A program made the position numbers and the translations under genes. DNA of 64,000 nt, taken from contig JAQFVV010000009.1 of the NCBI GenBank assembly GCA_028023455.1, positions 12,896,001-12,960,000 on the forward strand. The letters run 5' to 3'. Shown piece by piece: positions 1 to 15,129 of the stretch. How positions within the stretch are numbered: position 1 is the stretch's first letter; the number at the start of each line of letters is the position of its first letter. The DNA is from Epiperipatus broadwayi. Lineage: Eukaryota > Animalia > Onychophora. Below the pieces are notes generated by a model. It worked only from the letters and a program-made list of their open reading frames with translations, made no database searches and was not told where the DNA came from.

Positions 1-555
1 ATAGCATTAAATATTTGTGTTTTGACACCAAGTTAATGTACATCAAGTAGCTATTTAAATGGATCATTGACAAAGTAAGCTGACAACAGAATTTGTTCCT
101 GAATTAAATGTATAATGGAGACAGATTTTAATTTTTTCATATGTAGTGGTAGCCATAATAAAAAAATATATTACACATAATCCATTGAAGCTGATATCTC
201 TTCAAATTAATAATTGAAAATAATTTAACATAACAGATCTACGTATTTAGTTTGTAAAAATTCAAATTAATCTTCAACTGAAAACTAGTTTCAAGTAGTA
301 GAACCCCCCTTTCCCCTTCAATATTTCTGAATAAAAATACCTTCATTCATTAGTTTTTCAGACAGGTTCAACATATTATGTTTTTAAAGATTACATATAT
401 TAGTTGTCTTACAAAGTACTATTGATATAGATTTAAATTCAACAAAATTATTTTATAACAAAATGCCAATTATACAAGTATCAATTATTTAAAGTTACTT
501 TTCTTAAATTATACATTTACTTTTGCTGCATCAGCCGTTATGATGAGTATCTTTA

Positions 556-714
556 TCTGTAACTTAATACACTTGTTCTCAAATATTTATTCCAATATAT
601 ACATACACACACACATATATATATATATACACAAAAAGCCATCTCTGTAACTTAACACACTTGTTCTCAAATATTTATTCCAATATATACATACACACAT
701 ATATATATACAAAA
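556..714. repeat. Local tandem duplication, period about 88 bp, containing (CA)n/(TA)n
   Basis: TCTGTAACTTAA.ACACTTGTTCTCAAATATTTATTCCAATATATACATACACAC occurs at 556 and again at 644. Confidence 0.9.
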
Positions 715-3700
715 GAAGCTTAATTTGTCAGTAAAATTTGCATGCAGGTTTTAAAATCATATTGAATTATGACAGCACTTACAATAGAAATCAAGGATAT
801 GTTTACTGAATCTCAACTGACTTTCTTATTACTGATGACATCACATTTTATTGACAGAAATATATTCCCAGCAAAAGTTTTTTCAACAAATATTCCCACT
901 TGAAAAAGGGTATAGGTAAATAACATTAGCTGTATTATAAATTTATGTAGTATTTAATTAATTATATATTTAAATGGTAACTTGAAATGCAAAGTTAATT
1001 AAAAACAGTTTGTTTAAAGACTTTTCTTATTTAATAACATTAAACTGGTATAAAAAAGATTTTATTAAATTGTTAAAATTTGTGTTTAAGTTTGAATATA
1101 ATGTAGAATTTTGTTTTTTGAAGTCACAATTGTTTTCCTATATTAGTGATAACATCAGGTTTGATTGATAGAGACATATGCCTATCAAAAAATTAATTGA
1201 CTTTTTAATCAAATGTTACTATTTAAAATATTACAAAATTTCTATAGAAGGCATAGATAGATGTTAGCATTATTATATATTTTTATGATATTTAATACAT
1301 AGCAGAACAATTAAGTTCAAAATAAATATAAATTTATATTTTTTCTTTAAAATATTAGGATTATTACTTACAAACAAATTTACTAAATTAGTATTTTTAA
1401 ATAATATTTCACATGTCAACATACAGTTGTTTCAATTATATTGTATTACAGGGATTATTAAATCGTAAGAGACTAGTTTAAAACTCAAAGATGCCAACAA
1501 CATTGTTTTAAAATTATGAGCTATAAATTTTGGGACGTTTTTTATGAAATCTGTATTCATTTCATTTTTGACACTAAAATTTTTTATAATTCAAATCTTA
1601 AGATAAATTAATTTCTGTATGATATTATTTTTAAAAATGGTCAGTTTTTCACTTTTTAAAAGACGTCAACATTCTTGGATTGTTAAAAATATTTTCCATA
1701 AGTTTCTTTGTATTCACTGAAAAAAGAAAATATAAAATTGACCATCTTTTTAAACTTATGACATAATATCAAAATAGTTAATGCAAATAAAATGAGAAAC
1801 AATGGTAAAATAATTACAATTTTTGCAAGACTTTGAGGAAGAGACAAAGAGTGGGGTGGGGTGGGGGGGGGTAGGGTATCATAGCTGTGAAACAATTGTT
1901 AGATATTTTATAATTTATTTGAAGTCAAATCCATATAACAACAACAATAATAATTAATACATGACTTTGATATTTAATATGATTGATATTAAAGTAACTC
2001 ATGTGACTGATAAATATATTGTAACTATATATTTAGCCCATAAGGGTTAAATATAATTTGTAATACTTTACAAAACTCTAATAAATAAACTTCAGTGTTG
2101 TTAAGCTGTATAAAGTCTTAACTAGATGTTCTAATTTATTAATAAGACAATTTATTAAACATGTTTGAATATTAATTGCTTAATGAATATCATTATTTAA
2201 TATTTGCTTAAAAATCCAAATTTGATAGTTTAAACCTGAATAAAAAATTAGATTAGAGTGTGTTGTGTTTTAAATTTAATTGTAGTAAATAAAGTATTTA
2301 GTGCTATTTGTAAAGTATACTTTATTAATGTATGTTAAAGTTTCTATTTTCCTATTTGTCAAAATAAAATGTATTTAAAACATTATTTCATAAAATATTA
2401 GTTAATGTAATATCTATTTAAAGTTAGAATTTAAGACATTAAGCTTAAAGATAATTAGTTTGGAATAGGTTTTAACTTAAATAAGTTTTAGTAGGTAAAA
2501 GTTGAGTTTTATTGTTTTTAAAATATTATTTCCTGGTATACATGAGTGTACAAATGTTGGTTCTAGTCGACTAGATGCCACATGATGGCTCTGTTGCTAG
2601 TCAAAAACCAATAGATATAACATTACCAGGCTGATTTACAATTTTGTTATTATTTATTCAAAAACAAATAAATACAATGCTTTTACCTGTTTCTTTTTTA
2701 TAAGGATTTACATTTATTTGTCTTTAAAACATTTTTTTTTTAAAAAAAAGTGCATTTACTTTTTTGGGGAGAAACATTAGTTTCTAAATTACATTATACA
2801 TGTCAGCGCTGGAATATGCAGGGAGGGGAACCGATGGTTTTGATGATCTGAAAGATCGACCAAAAAATGTGCTACTCTGATCAAACAAATATATATATAT
2901 ATTAGAAACATTCCGCGACATCTTGAAAACTATTTTAAAAAAATTTATAAAACAACATTACTTAATAAAATGTAAAAAATCCACTTTAAAATTACCATTT
3001 GATCAAATCAAGCTTATGCTTTTAAACCAACAACAAACCACAGCCATTTTAAAAGTCTCATAGCTGTTCTTGCACAAAATTCCTTTTTCACATGAATTCT
3101 GTAAAATGGTGCTGAGATGTACACTTTTGCAATTTGTTTCACTTTAAAAAAATATGTACTGAAGCATGGCGATGGGCTTACAATTATTACTATCTAAAAC
3201 TATGTCAGGTCATATAAAAATATGAATGTACATAAAAAGAATTATGGCCACTTGAATTCTATACACCCTCACATGATACCATAGCAATGTGTGAAGTGTG
3301 CACTATTTGCATAGTACCACAAAGCACAAAAGCGGGCCATGATATTTGTGTGCAATGCCATCTAGGCCTGCTTAGCAGCTAATATGAACAGAATTGTTCT
3401 ATAGGCTGTATAAATGGCATATTTCTGTGCTTTTGCATGGAATCAGTGACATCAAGCGGCGTGCAGCAGCTAATCGACAAGTACCAAATGTTTGTGCATG
3501 TATGTTAAAAAATTGAGAAATTTAAAAAGGATTACTAAAAATAATGTATTTTATAAAAAGGATACTTTAAATAACTCATTATTTTAAGGAATTCTTAAAA
3601 GGTAAAAATTTGTGTTTATTTAGAATAAAATATGTTTGATTTAAAGTAAAAAAATTTATTGAAATTAAATAAATAAAATAAAATAGTTAATACAAGTTAA

Positions 3701-5099
3701 GTACTTTAATGTCTAGATGGCACATATTTAAAACATCTTAATTAGTAAAGATTTCAAGGTCAATTCTATAAATATGCAACCTTACAATTAAAAATATTAA
3801 AAATACACTAACATTAAAAATCCTGCCCTAATACTTCAATTTGATTGATTGAATCATACCATGTGATAAACTCTGCAGCAAAAAACTGAACACACACACA
3901 CACTTTTAAAAGGAAAAATCAAAAAATAAAACACAGATTATCTTTATTATTTTACTTAATCAGGTTTAACATTTTTTCTGTTCATTTTTTAATTACTTAT
4001 TATTTTTTATCAGTTTAAATGTCAGGGAAGACATTAAAGTTATCCAAGTAAAGCTGCTTTATTATATGTGCTGACTATTCATAAAATAATAAATCACTGG
4101 AAGATGCAAAAAGCTATATCATTTATTGAAAGAAATTATAAAGTGTCTAGAATAGGAAAAGTTATTGGAAACTGATAAGATGTATGCATATGTTTATTTT
4201 GCCCTGTTTATAGACTTTCAATAAATTTGAACTTTTGGCTATTAAATCATTTAATTAATATTTTATTATACAATTTCTAAATTCATTACTTGCACTAATT
4301 CTAATTATTAATAATGTTACTTTCTATATTTTGATAAAGCTCTAACCTTAGAATAAATAAGTAATTCATGCAGACAATTTAATTAATGAGAGACAATCAC
4401 TCTTAACTTATTAGAAATATGTTTGAAAACTATATCTTTATTAAACCAAAAAGGATTGCAATAATGAGTTATATTAAAATTATTGCTAATCTCAAAAATA
4501 AAATGAAATATAAATAATAATTTTAAATTGCTTTATATAATTCTGATGAAAGAAAATGTTATCCGGGTTGACTATACTGATATTTTAGATAGACATTGTA
4601 TATCTACTTTATTGCTAATACAAATAAAATAATACTTTATTGTTATAATTTATTCATCTAGAATTCATCTACTTACTTATTTAAAGTATATTTTCATTGC
4701 TTTGAAAAAAAAAGGAAATAATTCAAATTTGCTTCTTAGTTTAATAATATTAAATAATATTTCAACTTTATAATAGAACTGTGTATTATTAATTTATTGT
4801 TAAATTTGTTCTCTGCACATTTCTCTTTAAATTTATATTTCAATTAGGGATGATTGCTGTCAAGGAATTCCTGCTCTGAAATGTGTTTACATATTTATTT
4901 CGTCTCCATTAGTGAAAGACTGTGCTATATTATATATTTTACAAAAGAAAATAACAAAATGACTCCTCAATTAAACAGGTTAATTTCATTTGAAAAATAA
5001 AAGGAACTTTTAATCCTTAATTTAAAGATGGATAAACATATATAGTGTATTTATTTGTTTTAAAATTTTGATATATGATTTTTATTAATGTATATTATA

Positions 5100-5890
5100 A
5101 GTTATATTTATAATGGTATAAATGTTAAATGGATTTGGTAAAAAACATCTAGGTAATAGGTTTTATTTAAAGAGCATAAATTATTAAGAGTTCTCTGAAT
5201 TATTATTCCAGTATAATAGAATACATTATCATACCTGGGGTGAAAACAGCCTTTCATATTTGATATAAGATTATGAATGAAATCATCAGTGTGCAAGTTT
5301 AGATAGTTTATAATGTTTTAAATGAATGTGTGTGTAAGTTGATTATTTACTTATTAGTGTTACTAAATTCATGCCTTGTGCAGTTATTAATTGGTATGCT
5401 GCTTGGGGACAGGTATCAATTTAAACATTTTTATGCGGATATTTTATTACTTTTGTGTGTTAAGCCCTTCCATAAGAGAGAGCATAGCTTATTTGCTTCA
5501 GCACTGCCAGATCAAGTTATTGGATGCCTATTCATAAGCCCCATCCATGAGAGAGAATGTGAATTACTTGATGGGGTGCCTATTCATATATTTTCATAAT
5601 CCACTTTGGTTGTAACTTAATATTAGTGTGTATTTTTAATATGTGACAATATTTTAAGCCTATGCCCATCTTTGAGATTTTATCAGCTGTACTACAGTTT
5701 AAGTATGTCAGTTTAATTGTAACTATTAAGTTTATTTATTTCCTCGCCAACTCATTGGTATTAATAGAATTGTACTGTTTTATTTATTTTTGCATAATAT
5801 TAAGCAATCTTTACTATTCCATGAGAAATACATTTCCATGGTGATTTCCAGACATCATGAGTGGTGTAGTATAGTGGCCTGTGTATAGGC
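5100..5890 (-). mobile_element. Heavily decayed non-LTR retrotransposon (CR1/Jockey-like) ORF2 3' fragment
   Basis: A/C-rich minus strand. Frame-hopping translation gives pieces such as NIINYLNLHTDD...NKTYYLDVFY that loosely resemble CR1-type ORF2 C-termini. Many stops. Confidence 0.3.
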
Positions 5891-6274
5891 ATATGTATGT
5901 GTTATTTTATTCTGTGCATATAATAATAAGAGATAATATCAAATAAAAGTGAGAATTTCTTAAGTAATATAAATGCTATTATTATAATTTTGTATAAATA
6001 TTTCAGTAAGGAATATTTTATTTAAAATTGTATAAATATTTCTGTTAGCACAATTTGGTGGTTGGATTAAAATTAATGCTTATTGTAAATACTTATTGTA
6101 TTAAATATTATTACTATTTTGTAAATAAATATTTTTGCTATTTATTAAATACATTTCTGTTTTTGTTGCCATTATTACACTCATTTATCCAAAAAATCTA
6201 ATTTAATAAAGTTTTATTATTGATTATTTTGAAAAAGAGTACATTTTCATGGTCACATAAAATTTATTTATCTA

Positions 6275-6472
6275 CTTTGCCAATTTTAATACCTTGTGGG
6301 TGGATATAATCATAACAATATGACCAAAAGACCTGTGGAAAAGATCTACGATTCCCAAGATGCACATTTCATGTTAAATGCATTCATCAGCCCAGACCAC
6401 AATCTCTTATACACTTATTCATTATTGGATAATCTCTAGTCTAATGTGTGACTAATAAAAAATTATTAACAT
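6275..6472 (-). mobile_element. Hammerhead-motif repeat family, copy A
   Basis: Homologous to 31500-31699. Minus strand 6390-6354 reads CTGATGA ATGCATTTAACAT GAAA T GTGC ATC TTGGG. The plus strand ends ...AATTATTAACA. Confidence 0.75.
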
Positions 6473-7071
6473 TATGTTGATTTGCCTTTATTTCAAATAA
6501 TATTTTATAATGTGGTGGGTAGCATAAAATTACTCTTTCTACCTGCTGCAATATTTATTTTAGTATGTAGTACAAATTCATATCTGAAGATATGAGAATA
6601 GGATGTGTTTTTAGGAAGTATAAAATAATACTCATATAAGAAGACTTTTGAAATATTTAAGTGTTTTATCTGCTAGCCATGTGTTTATCTAAAATATTTG
6701 GATACTTAATTATTTCATACTTGGATTTTTATTTGACATCAAATGAGAGATTCATAAGAAGAAGATAGAATATTTAATGTATAATTTAAATAGTCATTGC
6801 ACTAAGAGTGTTAAAATATTTATTACAATAATCATTTTTCTTGTATCAAGTACATGAATAAACCCTGAGATATAGAGTTCAGATGTAGTATATAAGTTTG
6901 AATTTTAAAATGAAACTGAGATTAAAAAAGAATCTAAAATAAGATTTTAAATATAAACAGAATCTGAGATTTTAATATTTGCATTTATATAATATTTCAT
7001 TTGTATAAGAGTACTCATTCTCTGTGGCTTAAATCCATAGCTATTATAGCCCTGCCTTTTATAGAGTTACA

Positions 7072-7072
<1 letters not shown>

Positions 7073-7104
<32 letters not shown>
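7073..7104. repeat. (TA)16 microsatellite
   Basis: Direct reading of the sequence. Confidence 0.95.
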
Positions 7105-7105
<1 letters not shown>

Positions 7106-10100
7106 TATAACTCTATATATATAATTATAATATATATAAATAATTATAAGTAATTGGAGAAATTAACACTAATTTATCAATTGTTAACATTAAAAAAATC
7201 TATATACATATGCCTGTCTTATTTTAACTCCTTGGCTGCAAATATAGTCTTAATAATAATGACTATTGTACAACTATTAATTCAAGCTGTTGGTTAAATT
7301 AAAAATAAATATTGAACTAGGATAGTCACTATGAACTTATTAAAAACAAAAACCTAAAATATCAATTAGGTGTTTCTATATTTAGACAAGTCTAATATAT
7401 CATAATTTTAGGTAATACAATGAGAATATTTAAATATTTTTAATATAAAATGTATTAACTTTGACACCATCATTATCAAATCATTAAAAACCATGGGCTC
7501 AATACTACTTCAATTATTCAGTTTGATTTACCCTTCTCTGCAAAAAGATAACATTAATATTTTAATGTAGCTTTATATCATTTTTATTGTTATCCATCTT
7601 TATTCTAGGAGTTCTTTCCTTTTTGTGTGCCTGCACAAAAGCAACAATTAGAGATTTAAGATTATCATTCATTCAAAATATGTGACAAGGAATTATAATT
7701 CTCATTCTATATATAGCTTTCTTAAACAAAATTTCTCTCTGATTCACTTTTTGTACAATTCTTTAATTCTCAAAAACTTTCTTTAACATGTTTTTTCAAA
7801 TGCCAAGATTATTCTCCATAAATCTTTTGTCAACATTCTCATTTTATATCAGTATAATGTATAGCAAATAAGAATATATTTATTACATCTAATTTAGCTT
7901 GTAATCTGACATTCTCCCTATGACTTGTAAATATATTCTTTCTTTGGTTGCTTTTAATTTAAAATAATTATTTAATTTTTTATTCTATTATAAATCAAAT
8001 TTTATATATATAAATCTAATAAATCATCATATATATTAATGATGCAATGAATTTCAGTGTCTTGTGTGATATAATGCTGTGACCAAGAGTCAGACTCTAA
8101 AGCCCAACCGTTATAGATTAGAACCCCAGCCATGTTATTTCTGTTACTCAAACTTATTAGAAAATCCTATGCAATAAAACAATTAAATGAATGAATGGAT
8201 TTCAGTGTTTTATGATAAAGCTCTAAATGCCATGGGCTATTATATAAGATTATGGTGTAATACTAAATATTTTAAATTTATCTTAAGAGAATAATAAACT
8301 ATTATTAACAAAAATCACTATTATTAACAAAAATCAATCACATCATTAATTAATTAAAAAGTAAAGCATGGGTCCAGTACTTGCATCTCCTCACCAATGA
8401 TAAAGGCATCATATTGCAAATATTTGTTTTTTGGTCAACATACCAAGACTCACCTGAACAACCCAGATCAAATAAGATATTTAGTGTTTATCTATAAAAT
8501 AGTTAAATACCAATTTTATTGATAAATAATTGGGTAACTACTTAGTTGATTTAAGACCAACTACTTAAAAAATGATCTACATTTGTTAAAAAATCCTTAT
8601 CTACTTAAAAAAAATACATTGATATGAGCATCCTGGCAATGAGACTTAGTTGTAATACACTATTGTTTGAAAGAAATTTGACATATATACATTCATTGAA
8701 AAGCAGCAAATAAAAAGAATTACACTGAGAAAAAAATATTATATAGTAAAATTTTATACAGTGTAAACTAGCAAATGAAAAACTAAACAATATCAACAAC
8801 AACAACAAAGGTATTAATTTCACATTACCACAGGCTATATTCATAATAAAAAAGGATATGTTTTATTGTATATATACATATTTATAAACATTTAAAATGA
8901 CAGATGATTCTAAAATGATAGGAATGTCTGCATGTTATTTAAGAAATAAATGCTTGTAAAAAAAGAAATTCTTTAAGGTGGATTCTGCCTGTTACCAGTG
9001 AGATGATAATTACTTGCACAATTTATGTCTACAAAAAACAGCTCAACATATGTTCCTCTTTAAAAGTCAGTTATTTTTAAAAAAAATGATAGGGGAAAAA
9101 AAGCATAAATTGCAATAACAAAGTAATAATAATAAAAAATCTGGAAAATAACAAACATTTATGAACATAAAATCAATTCATTTATTTTGTAATAAAAACA
9201 AAAATGCATACAGCTATTAATATTGACAAAAAGTATTCAAATATTATAATTAAAATTCACATTAATATATAATGGTTAAACCTTTTTAAAGTGCAATTTT
9301 AAATGTAAAAATACATAATTCTGTACTACATCTTTAATCACGGTATATCATTAAAATTAAACAAAGAAGCTAATGCTTTAAAACTGAAGGCAGGTCTTGC
9401 ACAAAACTTATTTTAATCATTATTTTCTCATCTCAAAGAGATCAATTGCCAACATGCCTTTAAACATATATGTAAAAAAAAAATTCCAAAATAATTTCAA
9501 TATTATAACAAAATGAAAGGTTAGTATTCTTTTCAGTATAAAAAAAGAAATGGCTAAAGGCCAATTTATTAGTCAAAAAATATGAGTGTTGAGAAGTAGA
9601 GAGAGAGAATAAAAGGCTTGCTTTAAAAAAATATATTTCTAGGTAAAAAATAATATGGAAAAAAAAAAAAAGGATTTGAATATAATTTAAAATTATGTTA
9701 AAATAAACAATAGAAAAATATTGAACAATAAAGAAATTATATTTTTAGAGTAAATAAGATTAGTGAAACAAAATTAAAAGAACACTAATCATGATAATGT
9801 TTATAGATCAAATAGGATTAACAAGAGGATAATTATAAAAAGATTGAAGAGAAAATAGATAATCATTATATAGTTGAATCACTCTATTTTGAATGGCAAT
9901 ATAAAAAAGGGGGCTGAAACTAGACCCAAATACAAGACTCTAGTCAGTGGAAGATCAAATTACAGATAACATATGAGAAAACTGTGAGGAGGAAAAGCAA
10001 TTTTTGGCAGCAATTAAAAAAAAAATCAAGTTTCTGGAAAATAACTTTAGCAATAGAGGAAATGAACATGCTGAAAAAAAAATGACTACACCTTTATCCT

Positions 10101-13100
10101 GCTTAGCAAAGGCAATTGGCTTCCCAAAAGTCACCATTAAGCAAGAATATTGCATAAAGAACAAGCAGTTATAATGGGCTCCTATGGGAAAGCTTTGGCT
10201 GGGTTCCTCCAGATAAAAATTATATTATAAGCTGTTAACAAACAACTTAATTCAGTATATATATACAGTAATTACAAAAACCCCTTAATGTACATTATAT
10301 GCTTGTGTAAACTGTGATATGTGTATTATGCAACTATGCACTTAAAAATCATTCATCAATCATAATTATTAAATTTTCTGAATTATGAATTGCTTATTCT
10401 AAGGTCCATTATTGACTTCTAAATCTTTTGATGATATTGGATTTTTTTTTTTTTTTTTTGTAGGAATGCATTTGTATGAACTAGAGAAAAATTTTAAAAT
10501 GAATAGTTGACATGCTTCTTAGATTTTTATTTTTATATGGGATGCCATGATTTCATGATTTTGGAATGTTTTGATACAGCTATGATGGTTTGAGAACTTT
10601 GTTCTATTTTGTCTTGGGTTTTTAAAAATAGTGGTGGTGGTAATAAGCATGGATAAACTCATAGAAGAACAGATGTCATGATTTCCTTCTCTTTCCAGTC
10701 AATGTAAGATATCTATTTCTGTTTCCAAGTTCAGAGATTTTGAAATTTTTTCATGGTCAATTAGTTTTAGCCATGATTCTAATTGAAAATGTAAACAGAA
10801 TTGCTAGAAAAAAAATGCATCTTTTAACTGACCAAAAGTACAGTAAAATGGAAGAAAAAGTGAAAATAAACTAGCAATTAACAATTTTTTTATGTTCTTC
10901 TGCCCAACTGTTTCTTGTTGTGCTGAAAAAAAAATCCACACTAAAATTTTTATTTTTTTTCGAATTTGTATAACTATATTCACCTGAAATTATTTAGAAT
11001 TTTCAAAATGTTTAATAACAACTTAATTGATCATAAAGACTTGTTATTTATCATTAGTGTAAGAATAGCAAAATTAGTGTATTGGACATTGTCAAAATTA
11101 CTTAAAAAATATTCTGACATATTAAAAAAAAAAATGCATCTAATGCATTCTGTATTTGAATATTGTAATCAATATTTAAGGCTTTTAAGGGCCATTTTAC
11201 TATATTTTTTCCTTCTGATGAAAAACAATTCTCTGGTTAAAATATAAAAATATTTTTACATAATAATTTTGTTTGTGTTTTATTATTTTTTTGCATATAT
11301 TTTCTTTGGTCAGTCTTTATACATATTTTTTATATGATTTTATTAAGTGCACTAAACATATTCTTTGAAACAATTTAAAAAATTTTTAATTAGTGCAGTT
11401 AATCTATTTAAATAAATATTAAATGTATGAATCTTTTTCAAGTTTATCTATTTGCAATTTTGTATACATTTTTAAAACAGTTTTATGCTGAATAAGTTTT
11501 AATTTGATTTTTCATTTTTATCAATGTGCGATAATCCTTATGAGATTTTTAAAATCGAGCAAATAGATTATTTTTAATCTAGATTTAGTAATTTTTGATT
11601 ATAGAAAGTTCATTATTATGAAATAATTTATTTTATTCAAAATAACAATTATGGTAACTAAATTACAATATGATATACATTATTTTTGCCTTAAGTGAAG
11701 TACTGCTGGTAAAAATTTTAACCCATAAAGTGAATAAATACAGTGTACAGTTTTTAAACTAATGTACATATTTTAAAATTAAATACAACATTAATATATT
11801 TGGTTGTTGTTCATCATTAAAATATGATTTTGATTATTGTACTGAATGAAACACTTTTTGGGGGACTTTGTAATCATTAATGATAAAAAATCTACTTTGG
11901 ATATATCATTAATTGATTGTCTTATAAAGATGCTGGATGAATCAAAATATTGTATACAGCACTAATATTATATACTGTATTGTGTATTATGAATAAACTC
12001 TGTACTGTACAGTTTCAGTATGAAAGTAGTAATTTTGCTTTTAGAAGGAATAGCTTTAATAACTAATCTATGATATCTTCAGTCTTACAAAATGGCTGTA
12101 AAAAAAATTAAAAAAAAGATTTTTTTTTTAATGATTGTTATAGTGAATAATTGATTATAAATCAAAATAGAGTACAACTAGATGATGATTGCTACTGCAA
12201 ACCTTGCATAAAGGACATGTGCTAAGCAACATATACATGTATATAGTCTGGATAAGTTTTGTAGCATTACAAATTCAAAAACTTGTTTAAAGAGAAAATA
12301 CCTGACTGGGTTTTCTAAAATTAAATTTAACTAAATTAGTATTATTCTATTTAACAATCTTTTGGAAGTATGAATTTAATGAAGAAGCTAGAGATTTTTT
12401 AAAAAAACAAGATAAAAAGGGAAGTCAGCTACTTAACATGTCTGATGAATGCTGTAATCAATAAAACTAAGGGGTAGAGTAAATTGCAGAAAAATTAATA
12501 GAAAGTAAAGTTTAATTTACAATTAATGAAAGATTATCCTGAATAATTTGAAAACAAATTGTCTAAAAAGTTCAGTTTTAAACAAATTTATAATTTTTTA
12601 TATTTATAAAAAAAAAATCACAATTTAATACAAATTTACTAAATAAAACTTAATTATTAAGAAGTATGAAGTGACTCAAATTCTGAATCAAAATGTACAA
12701 CTCGAGAGCACAGTTTCACCAAATGTTAAATATGACTATATTTTTATTCATTAAAATAATTATTGAAAACAGAAGATAAGCATACTATGTGGCGGATCTG
12801 CTAATAAAAATATTAATTGCATTCTATTGCTCTTCCCTGTGAATATATGTAGATTATAGTTTAAAATATATACAATTCTTGAAAATTATAACAATTGATT
12901 TTAATTAAAGTATTATTATTCTATTTACTTTCTCAACAGATATTAAATTCTTTTTTTTTTTTTAAATCTATTTTTTTTTTTTTTTGACGAATAGCGAGAA
13001 AAATATAACTTGCTTCAAACTAGATATTATGTATATATAGATTTTAGTTTAGGTTGCACATAATTTTTTTTTTAATATAATTGCATTTCAGTGTTACCGT

Positions 13101-13664
13101 AAATATACACATTATCATTATTCTATTTATTTTCTCAACAGATAATAAAAACTGATTTTTTGAAATATATTTTCCAAGATTTTTTCAGATGATTTAACTT
13201 AACTGTGGCATTTACAAAACGCAGTGAAAGAAATATGACTCAGGAAACAGACACAGAAGTGCAGAATATCTTTTTAGTTAAAAATATAATTTTAATAATA
13301 AAGTAAAATTCACATGACATTATAATAACGAATTTATAAAACATTATAGAGAAAATTTGCTTCTAAAAATCTTTAGTTTTTTTTTTTTTAAAAAATATTT
13401 GTTTAAAAAATACATTTTAATCTAATCTTCATTTATTTAGCAAAACATATAAATAAAACTTAATTGAGTATATTTTATTCAAATAAATCAATTTGAATAA
13501 AAAAGCCCAGAAAAAGAAGAGTGAGAAAAATGCTATTTTTTTTTTCTAGTTATAGATTAATTTGATATATTCTTTTATTAAGAAATAATTTTACAAAGCG
13601 TATATATTATAACGATCCAAAACGAAAGTGGAGTTCGAATCTAACCGCAATCTGCACTACATGG

Positions 13665-13676
13665 GCGCCATCTAGG
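13665..13676 (+). promoter_or_regulatory. CTCF-like motif GCGCCATCTAGG inside the putative solo LTR
   Basis: Resembles the insect CTCF core GCGCCAYCTRG. Motif match only. Confidence 0.35.
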
Positions 13677-15104
13677 CATTTGAGCCTAGAAAAATTTATA
13701 AAGTAGGCAGATACGCGCTGTTAAGATTCCACTTTATTTAAATATTCAGATCGTTAGCCCAAGTCACTAGCTCAGGGAGTAGCAGAGATGATAAAATATA
13801 ACTTTAATTTATATCTTAAATATAAATAAATAAAAGCCACTGCCAGAAATTAACACATAAAAATATTTATTTACACACATATAAAATCATTCTAAATTTG
13901 AGGAATAAGTTTAACATTTTAGATTTTTATATTAATCTTTAATTTTACATTTAAAAAGATTGCAATGAGTTTAATATTTATTTAGTGAGTTGAGTATGAA
14001 TAGACTACATAGATCTGCATTTGAAAAGAAAATATTCTTTCCCTTATTTAACCTTAGGCCAAAAGTTCGCAGTCAAACTGGTGTCAATCCATCTGATACA
14101 TTTATGTATTCAATGTAGCATAAAAATACGACAACACAAAATACTATACTGTCAGGAATGTACATCTGAACAGTAAGTAGAGTTAGAGAAGACATTGTCT
14201 CTCCACCAACAGGAATGCTACATCTGTTGGCGAGTAGAACAATAAACAAAAAACTCCATAGGAATGGACTGCGGTCCTTTGCCGACTTACAAACCCATCC
14301 ATAGGCAAACAGAAGGTGTGTGGCATATATATACAATCCTGCCCATAGTGGATCTCATACTACATCTACTAATTACACAAATATATCCAATCCATTGAGC
14401 TAATTCAACTACGAAACGAATAACCTAAGATTACCCTCCCTTAAACTACATATATAACTTTACAAATCTATATAGCCATTCACGCCCGACTTAAATTTAA
14501 CATTAAGATACGTTCACACAGATGAATTTTATACAATTTGTTTTATAATGTTGAGTATAGATCGGCTGCATAGATTCCACGGTTAAAACGTTCCAGAATA
14601 AACATAACCGATCAAAATACAAAGTCATCGATAATGTCAATTGCAGAGGGAATACAAGAAGCCCAGTAGCATTCAACACAAGATGCCGCAATGACACTAA
14701 TGACCTATATATTCCAATCGAATATGAAACAGCAACACAATTAACCACTAACGAATCCATGCAATGCCTATACCCAACTTAAATTTCATGCATTTAAATA
14801 ATTTATACAATAAGAAAAAAAAAATGGAAATGATTTTTATCAAAAGCAAAACATATAAAATTAAACATTACCAATTGATTTTAAACTTAAAAGTCAGATA
14901 GAAGTTCATAAGCTTGAACGAAAGTTCTTAATTATTTTTAAATTTTAGAGTTCATGTCAATAGCTTACAGTAGAAGAATCACTGCTCTTGATGTAAATTT
15001 CCACGGAGTCTTTATTTGAAAACCCAGCCAGATGTTCCGGAGGTAGCATTAGCTGGTTCATTTTGGGGTCACAGTCAGTTCATTTTTTTAAAATAAGTGG
15101 GAGA

Positions 15105-15129
15105 GAACGACAAGTGCGTCTTGTCGTTC
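15105..15129. repeat. Perfect 10-bp hairpin GAACGACAAG-tgcgt-CTTGTCGTTC
   Basis: Direct inverted repeat with a 5-nt loop. Confidence 0.9.

Noticed and set aside
2028-2055. Palindrome TATATTTAGCCC-ATAA-GGGTTAAATATA resembling abutting piggyBac ends, or a solo LTR starting at 2020
   Set aside because: Short, AT-rich and imperfect, and no matching LTR end was found.
8070-8150. Faint tRNA/SINE-like A-box and B-box traces
   Set aside because: No cloverleaf and the boxes are too degenerate.
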